64,000 nucleotides of DNA from Gracilinanus agilis. Lineage: Eukaryota. The notes below the pieces were generated by a model, which ran no database searches, had not been told where the DNA came from, and worked only from the letters and a program-made list of their open reading frames with translations. The stretch is from NCBI RefSeq assembly GCF_016433145.1, contig NC_058133.1, forward strand, positions 112,060,184 to 112,124,183, given 5' to 3'. Shown here piece after piece: positions 36,530 through 50,899 of the stretch. Numbering within the stretch: the first letter of the stretch is position 1; every line of letters starts with the position of its first letter. A program made the position numbers and the translations under genes.

Positions 36530-38900
36530 ACCCTAACCATCCTTGAATAAGAACATCATCTACAACATAATTGGTAAATAGTAATCCAGCCTTTGTTTTA
36601 AGACCTACATAGGTTGGGAGCAGAATAATTCACTTTATCCTAAAATAGCCCATCACTTTTCATAGTTATTATTAGGAAGATTTTCCATATATTAAACTTA
36701 GATTTGCCTCTCTTTCTCTAATATTTATTCCATTGCTCTTAATTTTATTTTCTGAAACTTAAGTAGAATAAGTTAAACTCTTTAAATACTTGAAAATGGC
36801 TATTGTGTTTCCTCTAATTCTTTGTCAAACTAATAAGTTCTTGTTTCTTTCCACTTGTTCTAATACAGCTAATTTCAGTGCTCATCACAGTCCTTGGCCA
36901 TCCTTTTCCTGTATATTTTCCTGTTAAAGGAAAGGGTTGGCCTGAATTTCCTCTTAAGTCCCTTCTACCTGCAAATCTACATTCCAGTGATCCTTCTTAA
37001 AAGGTGGCACATTGAACTTTACCTGTTTTCCTGTGTGTTCTGGCAGTGGTTCTCTAATGCAGCCTTGGGCTCCATCAATCACAGTGTCATTTTATATTGT
37101 TGATTCATCAAACTGTTAGTCTGCTAAAACCTGCAATTTTTTTCAAAAAGACTTTTATTATAAACTTCTTTCTGATCATATACTTGAAAAGTGTGTTTTT
37201 TTGACAAAAAGTATGAGAATTTAAATTTAACAGGGATAAATATAATCTCATTAGATTTTAGCTCAACATTCTAGTCATTTGAGATCCTTTTGGATTTTTG
37301 ACCCTGTCCACTCTGTTAACTATTTCTATCCTAAACTTCAGATCATCTGCAGCTTTGATGAGCATTTTGTTGATTAAAATATGTTAAGAATGAGAGACAC
37401 ACCTGGGACATATTACTGGAAATGTCTTCCTAAGTTGACAGGCTATTAATAAGACTACTTTTGGGGCCTGGCAGAGAGGCAGTTTGAAATCCACAAAATC
37501 TACCTTTTCATCTTGTCAAAATGCTTTTTAAAAATTTAGGTAAATTTATATGTATAATATTTGCTTGAACTACCAACCAGGGAATTATTGGGTTCTCTTG
37601 GCTTGCTGCCCTCCTCTCTGCCAGAGCTAATTCCTTCTTGAATCCACAGTTGGCTCTTTTCTCTGCTGCCATACTCCTTTGAGCTATTTCCACTGATTCT
37701 CTGTTCCCTGCTGAATTTAGTGTCTTCTATTGGACCAGTAGACAAGATGCTATGGACAATTAAGGCTGAAAATATAATCCAACTCACTCCTACCCTCAAT
37801 CCTTGCTTTGTGCTCTGGTAACCGAGAATGGATGTTATGCTCCACCAGTGTGCTTTTTGACTTGGCTTTCTCTCTTTTTCCTCTGTTTACTACATAAAAC
37901 AGAGTAACCCTGTTAACAAAAGAAAATAAGGTTAGTCTAGCAAAACTTGTTTTTGATGAAACCAAGTAGACTTCTGATGTCCAGATCCTTTTTCTAGATA
38001 TTCATTAATCATTCCAAACTTTGCCAGGAATTAGTCAAACTTACTGAACTCTTTAAAAATTTACTGATCACTCCTTGCATTTTAAGAAATTGAAACATAG
38101 GCCCTTTTCTAGTGCTTTGAACATCTCTTACCTTTCCAACAGCATTTCATTTATTTCAATGCCTTCTCAGTGATATCCTTTACATTGAAATACAGGTTCT
38201 GTCTGTATTTTTGTAAAAATGAAAATTTTATCAAGTTGCTTTTTGTTCCCTATAGGAAAGTGACTTCAGCCATTCATTCTTAAATCCTTAAAAACCGGGT
38301 CTGAAACTCTTCCTTTTAACAAAGAAAAATGTTTACACAAAGCCAACTTGATAAAATTGCATCTGGCAGCATTCCAATTGTCTCTTCTCAGAGGAAAATG
38401 ATTTTTCAGGATAAGTTTTCCAGGATTGAGGTTGTTCATTAAAATGCATTGATTTCACTGCCTTTTAGTGTTATTGTAGTCATTGTTGGAACATTTTTTT
38501 AAAAAATTCAAATTAGTGAATGGTTAGATTCCCTGCCTACCTACATAGTTCTTTAAACAACTTCCTCTTTTTTCCCCACCTGAATGATTTCCCTATGGCT
38601 TTAGAATTTCCTTTTTGAGCTTCTCATTTTTTTCTGGGATAACTTTCTCTGTAGAAATTTTAGGCCCTTCTTTTCTCTGAAGGAGAAATCTGTTTTTCTA
38701 AAATCTAGGGGGTATGCTGGTCTGTTTCCATCTTTCTCAATCATGAATTCTAAAGTTAAGTAGTAAGTACAAGTACCTTGTAGTTCTACTCCACCAATTC
38801 TTTCTTGTTAGAATCAGGTCTGAAATAGTTGGTCCTCTTTGTGTTTTTTCTATTACCCTTTGCAGGACAATTTTGTTTTATTTATTTTTTTGGCAATTTT
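36530..38900 (-). mobile_element. Degraded CR1/L3-type LINE in intron 2
   Basis: Antisense RT-region remnants (agatcatctgcagc, ttcatcaaactgttag, ccagatcc); assignment from memory of consensus. Confidence 0.5.
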
Positions 38901-41504
38901 ATTTTTGATAAAAGAAAGTGGTTTTTAAAAGAGGCTGAAGCAACAGTTGGCAATCTGTAAATGGAATATAGGATTCAGATTTAACAATCAACTACAAGAA
39001 CTAAAAGGTAAATCTAGGGATGTTTAGCACTAGGACAAAGAACCTTACACATCCCAAGTGCCTTGAGGGAGAAATGTAAGTATCTATGTGGGTGTGGCAG
39101 AGTTAGCCTATAACCAATCATACCCCCTCCAGCTAGTTGATGCCATAATAAAAGGGGCCTATAACATGTTTTAAATAAAGCACAAAGACTTGTTTATACC
39201 TTATTACCTTTTTAAAAAATATGCAGTTTCACTGCTAGACTTGGCAAGGCAGCTTACGATTGACTGGCAAAAAGTTGGTCACATTCCTGGTGGCTTTTCA
39301 AAAGCTAAACCTGCCAATCCTGGAGATAGCCCCATTCATTCACTCCTTTATTCATTTTTTTGTGTCCTGCAGCAGATTGACTCACCCAGGGGAAATCCAT
39401 TTTGTATAGGGAGCATAGAGGGCCAGGAAACAGATTGTGGAGTGTGACCCCTACACTCTACCAGAGCACATAGCAAGAGGTTGATAATGGTTTGGGGTGA
39501 GGTGTTTTATTGCCCTCAGCCCCACTGTCCACAGCATCTTCCCAACTGGTCAAGTAGGAGACCCGGAATCCAGCAAAGAACACAGAATCAGTGGAAATAG
39601 CTCTGCAGAGAGAAGAGAACCAACTATAGATTTAAGAAGGAACTAGTGCCACACTGAGGAGAGGAGCAGGCCACAGGAACCTAGCTTGAGCCACCTGCTC
39701 AACAGTTGCCCTCAGATGGTGCGGACTGATGACACTTAAGAAAAGAAAGGACATTAAGCCCTGTGATACTAGAGACATTAGTTACTTAGGTCACATATCT
39801 TTCCTGCATGCTCCCTTCACTATCAGTGTATTCTTTGTTTAACCTCACTCTTAACTGATGCTTTGTGTATCTGGGGTTAGAATGTACCCCAAGTTTATGG
39901 TGGTGGCAGCGCGAGATAGTAGAAATGTTGTTTGGCTACTGTTACCATCCTGTCTTAGAAAATGTCTTTTCCTTGAGCTCATATCTATAGGCTAACTATT
40001 AAAAAGATAAACATGCTGGTTGGAACTTGTGAGCTATAATTTTAGGAGTTTGAACCCACGAAATTACTTTGAACCCTGGAGGTAATGGTTTTTCACTTTT
40101 GGGACCCAACTTAAATCATCTGAATGCTAGGTTTAGAGGAAGGTGCTACATGAAGGTGCTATAAAAAAAAAAAGATTATTCTACATGGTATTATGAATAC
40201 TTAATGGTAGTTGATATTTTTAATGGTGACACTAGATTACCAAAACAAATGAAATTATATTCAGCATATTTGTTAAGGAGGCAAAGAAATCTAAATTAAT
40301 ACTTTTGAATTTTATTCAAAAACCTTTTTTAAAAAAATTAAACTATTTTGGTGTTTAGGAGGGTAATCTATTTACACAGGAAATGTATTCATGTGGAATA
40401 GCCCATTTCCAAAGAAATAGAAATGATGCTATATTTTAGATATGTTCTAATATACCATCAGTTTAAAGTATGAAGTACTTTTAAATTCAATATTTCTTGA
40501 GCACTTACTAGTTTACTTCATGTTTACATTTCTTGGGTAAAATACTATGCTCATGAGACACAAGAGAATGTAGAAAACAAATCCCTGCCCTGCAATATAT
40601 TAATCTTTATAAGAAGACCTGACTGGTAAATAATTAAGGAATATTTACAATGCCATTTGTCAGTTGCATTGAACTTAGTACAGACTAATCAATCTAGTAG
40701 AGACCTGGAACTCTACCTTCTCCCCATGTTAATCCACTAATCTGAATTGAAGATATCCTGATTACTTGTTGAATGAGTTAAAACTCACTTACCTTAACCT
40801 TTATGATTCTCTGGCTCCAGACTGCTATTTAACCTTTCATTTAGCCATCTATAAGAAAACCAGGGCCTGTTCAGCTCAAGCATCTTGTGACCTACCCTGC
40901 CACTAAGAATATTCTCACTTCCTCATGATCCTTTTCCCTTTTAGCTTGCCTTAGGAAAAGGAGTCATCAGTGATAACATTGCTATTAGAATAGATATAAC
41001 AATTGTTTGGGAATTCCTGTAACTTCCTTCTGCAGACCAAAACTCCCTTGCCTGACTCTAATTTATGCATGTTATTTCCCTCACTAGAAATAAACTTCTT
41101 GGAGAAAGCTGTACCACTTTAGTAAATGTAACCCTGCTACCTAGCAGATAGATGTACCTGTTATATAGTAGGTACTTAATAAGTTCTTTTTCATTCATTT
41201 GATTATCAAGAGATTTCTAGAAGAAATGAGTCTTAAAGGTGATGAGTGATAATATGTAATAAAATATAAAATGACATCATCTCTATTGCCTGTACCATTG
41301 AACTCATTCTCATTCAAAGACTAAAGAATATTTTTGATATATAGAGTACCAATTATGAGGTTTTTTTCTTTGTAAGCTTTTTGTAGAAAATATTTTGATC
41401 AACTATTCAAAATATTTTTCCTTTTGCTAGTCTTCTTGACATGTATCTGTTTTTAATGATGACTGAATTCCTTTATTTCTTATTCTTTTTTCTTTTATTC
41501 CCAG

Positions 41505-41696
41505 GGAGCTGTGATCAGCCACCCCGGTATAATACTATGCAACCAGATAGTGCATTCATAAATAAAAATTATTTTCCTATTAATAGCACTGTGACTTTTG
41601 TATGCCGGCCTGGACATTCTCTCAGTAAATTAGGTCCACTCGTCAGTACTTGTCAGGATGATGGAACGTGGTCACCCATCTCAGAGTCTTGTAAAA
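41505..41696 (+). CDS. CD55/CD46-like: Exon 3: CCP2 (CD55 CCP2-like)
   Basis: Long pyrimidine tract + cccag, GTGAGT donor, 192 nt, phase 1-1; NYFPINSTVTFVCRPG resembles CD55 NYFPVGTVVEYECRPG. Confidence 0.95.
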
Positions 41697-42149
41697 GTGA
41701 GTAATTCTATCATTATATTGTATCTTACTAGGGTTTTTGGGAATTTTTCATTTATTTATGTTGAACTTTCAAAACCATATTTTTTTCCTATGATGCATTT
41801 TTCATACTTAAGCTGGCATCAACTTTCCAAAGAATCTTTATAGTGTTAATTTTATTTTTAGTAATAATTTTCATTGATGCCTTCTGTTTTTATATCAGTA
41901 ATTTCTGAATATAGTTCTCTCCCATTCTCCCACTCAGTGATCCTTCCTTGTAAAAAAGGAAAAAACTACTATGTTGATGACATCTAACAATTTGCATCAT
42001 TTTACACTCATAGTTTCCCACTTCTCTACCAAAAAAGGGAAATTGATTTCTGCATCTCCTTTGGTGGAAATTTAATGATTAAGATTTCTTAGCAGTTGGC
42101 TTCATTTTAGGACCTTTTCTTTTACTATAGTTAAGTATATCATCCTATT

Positions 42150-43740
42150 TCGTTTGTGCCATTAGTTCATAGAAATCTTGAAATGTGTTTCTGCTCATCA
42201 ATTTTTTTCAAAAGAATTGCAAACTTATCAACAGCCATATGAAAGACTTTGCTAAATCATTAAAAAGAAATGCAAATTTAATACAACTCTTAAAGGGCAA
42301 TGATAAAAACAGGCACTTTAATGCACTTTTGTTGGAGCTATGAATTGATGTGACAGTCTGAAAAACAGTTCAGAATTAGGTGAGAAAAGTAATCAAACTC
42401 ATCAGAATCTTTGAGCACAATGAGGAAAAGAATGAATTACTTAATATTCACGTGGCATTCATATATTTTGTTTGTTTGGCCATTCCATGAGCAGTGGGTA
42501 CCCTTTCCCAGTTTTTTGCTGCCACAAATTTAGTGCTATGAATCTTTTGGAATTGAAACAAAAGGAGATATTTATTTGGGCATTCAGTATTTAGCTCTAG
42601 CAGAACATTGAGGAATTTTTAGGTTGGTTCAGTTAAGCAAAACTACTCTGTCTGAGATGCCTATGATGATCCACCAGCTAAGCTGCAAAGTTCACTGAAG
42701 AACCTCTTAAGGCAATGAGGAAGTGCCATCAACAGCCTGAACTTTTGGACCCCCAAGCTAATAACCAAGTCTTGAAAACAGCTTCAGTACTTCTTAAGAG
42801 GGAAATTTGCCTCTCTTAAGTGAGTTGTAGGGTTAAGACTTTGCTTCCTTCACATACCATATACCACAAATATGCATGTGCAACCTGGATATTAAAAGAT
42901 CAGACCATAAAAATTTAGAAAAGATCTAGATCCAGTATTTCAAAACTTTCAAAACTATGACTAGAGGGAATATTCTTTAAATAAGGCCAAATGAGAGATG
43001 ATCACAAAAAGCAAAAATAATTTTAGTTTACATGAAATTAAAAAGGTTTTGCATGATCAGTGCAATTAGGAAAGGAAGGGATGCTATTAATTAGGAGAAA
43101 AATCTTTGTATAATAAGTGTGATGAGGTTTGCTATCCAAATAAGGAACCATTTTCTAGTAGATCAGTAGTTAAAGGATATGAACAAACAGTTCTCAAAAG
43201 AATTGCAAACTAACCCTATGAAAGATTGCTCAATGTACAAATCAAAGCAATTTGGAGATATCATCTCACAGCGAATTGGCAAAGATAACTAAAGATAGGC
43301 ATAGTCATCTTTGGAGAGGCTATAAGAGATTACACTACTAGCCATACCCAAAAGTGGTCAAAGAAATAAAGGTCTTATTCATTAAAATATTCATAAAACA
43401 TGGTAGCAAAGATGTATTTTTATTAGGGAATGGTTAAGCAAAATGTGATACGTGGATGCAATGAGATATTATTGTGCCATTAAGAAACAACATGAAGAAT
43501 TCAGTGAGTTGTGAGAAAATTTATATGAGTTTATATGGAGGAAAATAGGTACAACCAAGAAAACAATGTAGTAATTTGGCTATGTAAGAGGTAAAGAAAT
43601 AAAAAATGAGACTGACCAAGATTAGCCCCAAATAATAGATGATAAAATGTACAACTTTTCTTCTAGATAGGGGGAAATAGGAGTGTGAAACATGAACTAT
43701 CAGAAAAAACTAATATGTTGGTTAGTTGATTAAATTTTTT
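42150..43740 (+). mobile_element. Degraded L1 3' fragments in intron 3
   Basis: L1 ORF2 3'/UTR motifs (gatatgaacaaacagttctcaaaagaa, agatatcatctcaca, ggttaagcaaaatgtgata). Confidence 0.7.
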
Positions 43741-44264
43741 TCTCTCTTTTAAAATTTATTAAAATGATTGGTAAAATTCCTAGCATATAATAGGCATTTA
43801 ATAAATAAATCGAATAAAAGCTTGTTGGTTGGTTGGTTTGTGCTACATTCAGTACTCTCAACAACATTAATATGCTTCTGTTATTTGAGGTGCTGAATTT
43901 GAAGGCAGGAAATGTAAGATTAAAGCATATCTCTGACACTTAGTAGCTGGGTAAGCATAGTCAAGTTACCTAGCCCTTTTTGGCCTCAATTTCCTAATTT
44001 TAAAAATGGAGATAATAATACCTACTATGTCTTCCACATTGAGTTACTCTGGAGTGCAAATTAGGTGTTTTATAGATAGATCTTTGAACCTTCAGTGTCT
44101 TGTATAACATGTGCATAGTAAGCATTTAATTAATAGCTATCTATAAAAATGCCAATTTGAGGTATATCTGTATCTCTCTCTAGATCTACCTGATTATATT
44201 CATGTGTGTGAATAGCTTTTAAAACTTTACAATATTATATAAATGTCAACTTTTTTTTTACTAG

Positions 44265-44364
44265 AAAAACCATGCCCAACTCCAGAAGCACTAGATAATG
44301 GTCGAATTATAACACCAACTGATCTCCTATTTGGTTCAGAAATTGAATATTTTTGTAATGAAGG
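44265..44364 (+). CDS. CD55/CD46-like: Exon 4: CCP3 first half
   Basis: tttttactag acceptor, GG|GTAAGT donor, 100 nt, phase 1-2; KKPCPTPEALDNGRIITPTDLLFGSEIEYFCNEG. Confidence 0.95.
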
Positions 44365-44479
44365 GTAAGTTATTTCTTAAGCAAGTGGAGCATGAATTAA
44401 CTCATTTAGTTTTGTTATTTTGTTTTTCTGTTTTTAGGGCTAGTAAAACATTCATTAAAACTGTACATAGGCATCCTTC

Positions 44480-45480
44480 TCTGGTTGATGGTAACTCAGT
44501 AATAGTTTTAAAACACTTCTCTGTCATGGTGTGGAAGTAACTATTGGAAGGCAATGTCTTTGTTAGTACAGACTCTGCAGATCCTATTAATGTGGAATGG
44601 CATTGGGATATGACCCAGTGATGGCCTGGTAGAGCAAGGGTCCAGGGACAAGTCTTTAACAGTGTGGAGGTGGCATCACTTGACTGACTTTATGATGATA
44701 AATGTTTTTGACCATAACTCTCAGACATTCTTTATTAAGTTGTAGGAGGAGGAGGGATCATCCACACTAATGAAATCATAGCTCTCTGAGGCATTTTAAT
44801 ATTTATTTGTAACTTCATTTCATTACACTGATAACATGAATATATTACAATAAAACTACCCTTCATATTTCCTTTTATTTGCAATTTTTTCTCACCGACC
44901 CAAGAAAAATGAGAGGCTATTAGTTGGGAAATATTTTGTTGGAGGAGAAAGTTACTTCATCTGAGAGGTCCAGTCTGTATCCTTTTTATCTTGTTGACTG
45001 TCATAACTATAAATATACTGCAAATATCTAGTTTAATACTGGTCATTAAAGATTACCACCATCAGATCAGATACCACCAACTCGGCCTGTTGAAGGGGCA
45101 ATTCTTAGTCATGGTTAACTTGAGCTTCATCTCAAGAAGCATTCCCATAAGTGTTTATAAAGATGTTTGCTACCTTTTTAGAGAAGATACACTCTTCCAA
45201 TTGCTGAAGAAAGCTGATGGCATAAGACCTCAGTGGTATGCACCTGCCTCCTCTCTCTTCTGGAATTGTCCATAATGAGCCATGAGCAAGGTGTTCTGTC
45301 AGCAATTGACAGCCTGAATGGCCATCATGTATTTGATTGTGATCAACTCGTCTATCAGACTACTACAAGTCAAATGGTACTATGGTCCTATGAATCCCAA
45401 GCATTTAGGCACTGCTTATTTTCTCTTCAGGATAATGCCAAAGCAAACATTGGAAAGAAAAGCACTCTCTTCAAGAAATC
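44480..45480 (-). mobile_element. Degraded RTE-type LINE 3' fragment in intron 4
   Basis: Minus-strand frame with stops weakly resembles the RTE RT C-terminus (KR*QTSL*TL ~ KRYKDTLK); RTE-like 3' tail near 44570-44620. Confidence 0.5.
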
Positions 45481-45926
45481 ATAGCACATTTCATTGTAAT
45501 TCAGTACATTTCATTCAACAAATACTGGTAGATGTCTATGTCTACGATGCACATGTTATACAAGACACTGGAGGTACAAAGATGAAAATGAAATAGTTGT
45601 GGTCCTCTTCCAAATTAGTAATATGGGGAAAGAAATGGGCATGTAGAAATAGATCGAGATGTACAGTATTTTCATTAATTATCTTTCCTTTAGATACCTT
45701 TGCCTCAATCTGAGTTAATAGCTGTAACTAAATAAATATACTCTGTAGAGTACACACACACACACAAGATGTGGTCCCTGCCTTCAAGTAGTTATCAGTC
45801 TAGTTGTAGATATGTTATAGACATATCAGAATAGGCTTGTATGATAGCAATACATAAAATAAACATGATAAATGCAAATAGGTAGTACTATAGTTTCTGG
45901 AGATTACTATGGGTTGAGATGACAAC

Positions 45927-46839
45927 TGTTATGAGCAGTAAGGGGGCTCAGGAATGCTAGTAATGGTTGCTCAAAAGGGAAGAGAGAGACCCTAACCACA
46001 GCTTGATGTGAGTATAGGATTTGTTCCCACACCAGCTGGGCTAAGCCTCAAGATTCTTTGCTAAACCACAAGCCTTAGAAGCCAATCCAGCCAGGCAATT
46101 GGTAGAAGTATCCAGGAAGTAGAATGTAGGTTCCTGAAACCTTAGGTTGAAATGAAGGATTACCACTGCCTTGGAAATGATTATAGCCAGTTACCTGGAT
46201 CTGACTACATGAAACTAGTTACTGTTTCTAAGGTAAGAAATTGGCTTTCAAAGATTATTTAGGCTTTAGGATCAAACTGGGTTTATTGATATCAAACTGA
46301 GGATAGGTAAGAGGGAGAAGGAAAGTGGGTAAAGGTACCCTAAATGATCTTGCCTAAGTATTTAAGACTAAGATAAATATTGAAACACAAGTTGTTCCTA
46401 AGGTTCAGAGTATGGAAAGACCTTGGGGTCTCTCCCCAATTCTGTTGCTATTTGTTGCTGAGCCCAGAGGCAAACAAGCCCCTGGGTCAGATGCTGTTGT
46501 TTTCTTGAAGTTAGATGTTCACTCTTGTTTGATTTAAAGGTTGTTGGCTATGCCCATAAGGTATTGATTTGGCTAGCATTAAAGGTTGTCCCTACCTGCC
46601 TACCTAATCCAGTCTCCCAAACCTCCCGGTGCCCAGTTTGCCACCACCTCCTCCCTAACCCAAGGATATGAGAGAAAGAAGAGAAGTCCCAGGGGTTTGT
46701 GGACCTTAATTTATACCCTGTCCTTAACTGTCACCTTGGCACATGCCCTGGGGTGGTGCTTTGCCAGGTTCTGTGTTCCAAAGTGGCAAACTGCTATTTT
46801 GTACCTACAGAAAATGGCTGCCCATTTCTGCATATCACA
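45927..46839 (-). mobile_element. LTR-like sequence (possibly two nested elements) in intron 4
   Basis: TG...CA ends, TTTATT (minus-strand AATAAA) at ~46282, LTR-like composition; no TSD confirmed. Confidence 0.45.
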
Positions 46840-47487
46840 CAGGAGAGATTTTGTAAATGAGATGACTATCCCTGGAATGACGTGAAAAATTAGGTAGAAA
46901 GGATGGGGAAAGGTATGCAAGTTCAGGTAAAAAGTATGTAATGCAGTGCCTCCAGCACTATGCCTGAAGTTAGGAAGCCCTGAGTTCAAATCCTTTTTTA
47001 GATACTTGCCAGCTGTGTGTGAGCAAATTGCTTAATTCTGTTGACCTCAGTTTCCTCATTTATAAAATGAGCTTAAGAATGAAATGATAAACCACTCTGG
47101 TATCTTTGCCAAGAAAATCCCGAGAGGGATCACAATGAGTCAGATAGAACTGATCAGCAACAAAACAATATAAGTTAAACGTTGAGATTTTAAAAATTAG
47201 TTGAGGAAACATTGAGTAAAACTGTCCAGCAAGGTCAGAAGCTTCAAGATTCTTGTTGACTTTTAATTCTTATAGTCTAATATTAAGTCTATCTAAAGGT
47301 TGGGCATAGTGGCACTTATAGGTGTCTTTGTGTGATTAAATTGCAAAGTTTCAGTTGCCATTTCCATGATATACTTTTTGAACCTTTATCAAAGCTTTGA
47401 TGTAACTATAGTTTATCAAGATGGAGTTACATACCAATCTCTTATATTATCCTAGAAGTCATATAACATATAACATTTTCTCTTCAG

Positions 47488-47573
47488 CTATCGTTTAATA
47501 GGTGATGCTGTTAGGCTCTGTGCCATTTCTAACAACCAAGTTTTATGGAGTGGTGAACCTCCGTTTTGTGAAA
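47488..47573 (+). CDS. CD55/CD46-like: Exon 5: CCP3 second half
   Basis: ttttctcttcag acceptor, GTAAGT donor, 86 nt, phase 2-1; YRLIGDAVRLCAISNNQVLWSGEPPFCE. Confidence 0.95.
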
Positions 47574-50278
47574 GTAAGTAAATGATTGATTAATAAATTT
47601 AAGTAGCCTTTGGATATGAACTTGTAAGTTGCATGATGTTCATCTTTTAATTTTATCTGTTATTCAAAATGTAAATTGAAATCCATACTGAAGTGTTAAT
47701 AATCTCCAAATGACCTGGGATGGTGTGCCGGTAAATGCCCGTAATCCCCAATTTATAAATTATTTATATTTCAAGCATTAATTTCTAAACTGTAACAGTG
47801 TCCTAGGTTAGCTCACAGAAATATATTTAATCATGATGTAACTGACTTATACTAATAATACTAGCCTGAGTTCTTTGTCTTAAATGTTTAGAAGAAAGAG
47901 AGTATCATTTCTTGGGGAAAGGACAAACATGAAGCAAAATTTAGCAACAGGCCATATTTCCTTTTTACATCTTCCCATCTCTTAGTTACCTTCATGCTGC
48001 CCCAAAACTCTTGACACTTTGCATCCAGATCCACTTCCAGAATACTCTACTCTGAAATGATCCACTTGCTCTTCTTTCCTTTTCTGCAATCAGATATTCT
48101 ATTCCTTGTATGTTGCCATCTTAGCTAGGAACAAAAACAGTTGGAACGAATTCATACTGAATGTTTCAGCTCAATAATACAAGCATTTATGAAGGGCCAG
48201 CAGTGCTAAGCACCACAGATATAAAGACCTTTGACTGGGGGTATTGTTTAAGAGGAAGATGAGATATAGCTTTAAGGAACTATAAGATGGGTTGAAGAGT
48301 GAGAAGGCCCTAGCAACTAGGAGAATCAGGAAAAGCTTTCTACTGTTAGAGAGGGAAGAATGGTACTTGAGTCAGACTTTGAAGAAAATCTAAACATTTT
48401 TGGTAGTAAAGAAGATGGGTATTCCAGATATAAGGGAAACCCTAAGGTATAGAGGCAAGACATGGAATTTAGGGTTCAGGGAACAGCAAGTAAGCCAGTT
48501 TAGCTGAAACCTAGAATTATAAAGGGAGTTTTTGAAATAAGTCTCGAAACGCAGGCTGGAGCCGGACTGTGAAAGGATTTAAGTGTAAAGCTAAGGAGTT
48601 CGTATTATCTTGATATTTAAGATACTACAGAGCTATTAAGGATTCTTGTGCAAGATAGTTAAGTGACTGACCTGTGATTTAGGAGGATTATTTTGGCAAC
48701 TCAGTGAAGGGTTGATTGGAATAGAGAAACTAGAAGCAAAGAGGTCAGATATTTGAAGATTATAACAATAATCTAGGTAAGAGATGGTAAATACTTGTAT
48801 TAGAGTGACCATATGGATAGAGAGAAGAGGTTTGAAATAGAATTAACTCACTGGAGACAGAGGAAGGAGGAGAATGAAGAGTCAGGATGACAGACTTGGA
48901 TGGTTAGAAAGATAGTTGGAGGTACTGGGTTCATATTTTGCCTCAGATATTTCTTAGCTGTGTAACCCTGGGCAAGTCACTTAGTCCCATTTGCTTAGCC
49001 CTTATTGCTATTGATTCTAAGACAGAAGGTAAGGGTTTAAAAAAAGTAATTATACTATGTTAAATTTCAGGCTTTTTAAAAACATAATGAATTGGGAAAA
49101 AGTTTGGAAAGATTACTTTGAATAGAGAGACAAAGAGTCTAGTTAGGCTTTGTTCTCTTCAGTTTATTCCTAATTTTAGGGAAACGAATATTTATTAAAT
49201 ACATATTATGTGCAAAGTCAAAAACATGACATCAAGACAAAAATGAAATAATCCCTGCCCTCTAGATTTTGTGTTGTATGCTTGACAGCATGTGAATCCA
49301 GAAAAGTGATCATTTGAGGAAGAAGAGCAAACTAACAACTTTGGGATCAGGGAAGGAATCCTAGAGGAGGTAGCACCTGAAGGGGATCTTAAATGAATAG
49401 AAGGAATCTAAGAGATGTGGGTGGGAGAGAGAAGAGTGAGAGCTGCAGAAGGGATTTCATGCACAAGGGTCAGACTATACAAAAGCACACCAAGAGTGAC
49501 AATAGGTAAAAGATTATTGGCCATCTGAATGCAGAAAAGAGAATGAATGTCAAAGAAGTAGAATTGTCAGGCCTTGGAAAGTCACCAGATATGGGGCAGG
49601 GGTTTGGGAGAAGGACAGGTTAAAGGCCAATTCCAGGGTTGTAAACCTGGGTACTTGAGAGAATGGTGGTACCCACAATAAGAATTAGGAGGCTTCACAG
49701 CTCCTGCTCTTCCTCTGCTTCTAGAGCTGCACTTTTTAAAGACTCACTTCCCCTTCTTCCCCCTCCTGATTTCGTTAAGCCTATGTAGTTTTTTCTTGGA
49801 GATGACATTCACTGTACATAGTAGATAAAGTGTCCTAAGGCCTAACATGCATGACTCCATACCATCTCTTCCACAGTCTCTTCTGTTGGCTGGATCCTTT
49901 TCTGAAACAAAACTTGGGTTTTACTTATTCACCAAAAAAGGTATCCCAGGATGGTGCTTATAGTGCTCTCACCTAGGAGTCTGGCACAAGCTGTTTATAG
50001 GGCATGAAAAATGAGTGTCATCTCCCTGCCAAGCAGATTTCAGTAATAATAATAAAACTGGCTTGACACCCTGGGATGAAGACTGTTTTTGGCTTTCTCT
50101 CAACATACTCCTTTACCACCCCCTTCATGTAAGGGCTTCAAACTCTTTGGGCCAGTATAACCCTAGATGGAGTTTCAGCTAAATGATTAAGGTTTCCTGG
50201 CCCCTTGATTGTAATATTTTTGGTTCAGCAAGTGAATAAAAGAAAATTCTTATATTTAATTTTTTTCTTTCCCATAAG

Positions 50279-50473
50279 TTGTTTCTTGTTTACCACCTCC
50301 AAATATCGACAATGGGAAGCACAATGGTGGCCACGAGAATGTCTTTACCTATGGTGAGGCAGTGACTTATCAGTGTGATTTACGTGCTCAAGATAAATTT
50401 TCGCTTATTGGAGAAGCCACCATTACTTGTGCTGAAAATGGAGACTGGAATAAGCCACCTCCTGAATGTAAAG
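50279..50473 (+). CDS. CD55/CD46-like: Exon 6: CCP4 (CD46 CCP3-like)
   Basis: tttcccataag acceptor, G|GTGATG donor, 195 nt, phase 1-1; CLPPPNIDNGKH...AVTYQC...DKFSLIGEATITC...PECK resembles CD46 CTPPPKIKNGKH...AVTYSC...DPFSLIGESTIYC...PECK. Confidence 0.95.
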
Positions 50474-50899
50474 GTGATGGATTTCTTTAGGATTTTTTCC
50501 TTCTTGATCTATAAATAGTAAAACACTATTTTGAAAATAATCATAATGGGTTTAGCAATTTGTAGGAGTAGAAATAATATTCTTGTCCTATGTTTCTTTT
50601 AAATTTTTTCTTTTAACTTAATTTGGTTTGGCTGGTACAAATTAAAATTTGATTCTGTTCTGGAAATGTTACATATTCCTAAGTCTTGAGATGATATAGC
50701 ATATGCTTTTTGAGGTCTAACCTTTTACCAAATGCCTTTGATTCAAGATCTTTCAAAAAGTAATTTGTATTTCTTTCCACAGACCACTCTATCTTGACAC
50801 TTAAAATTATAGAGAAACTTTATATTTTAAAACAAACAGTAATTTCATTACAAAATTTTATTCTTTTAATTAATAGTAGGGATTTATCATAAATTATGT

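Noticed and set aside
44950-45484. Plus-strand frame SAIDSLNG...DQLVYQTTTSQM faintly resembles bornavirus N (AIDWING...DQIKLVASYAQM), suggesting an EBLN
   Set aside because: Spacing between the motifs is ~18 aa too short and flanking similarity is absent; the opposite strand is better explained as a decayed RTE LINE.
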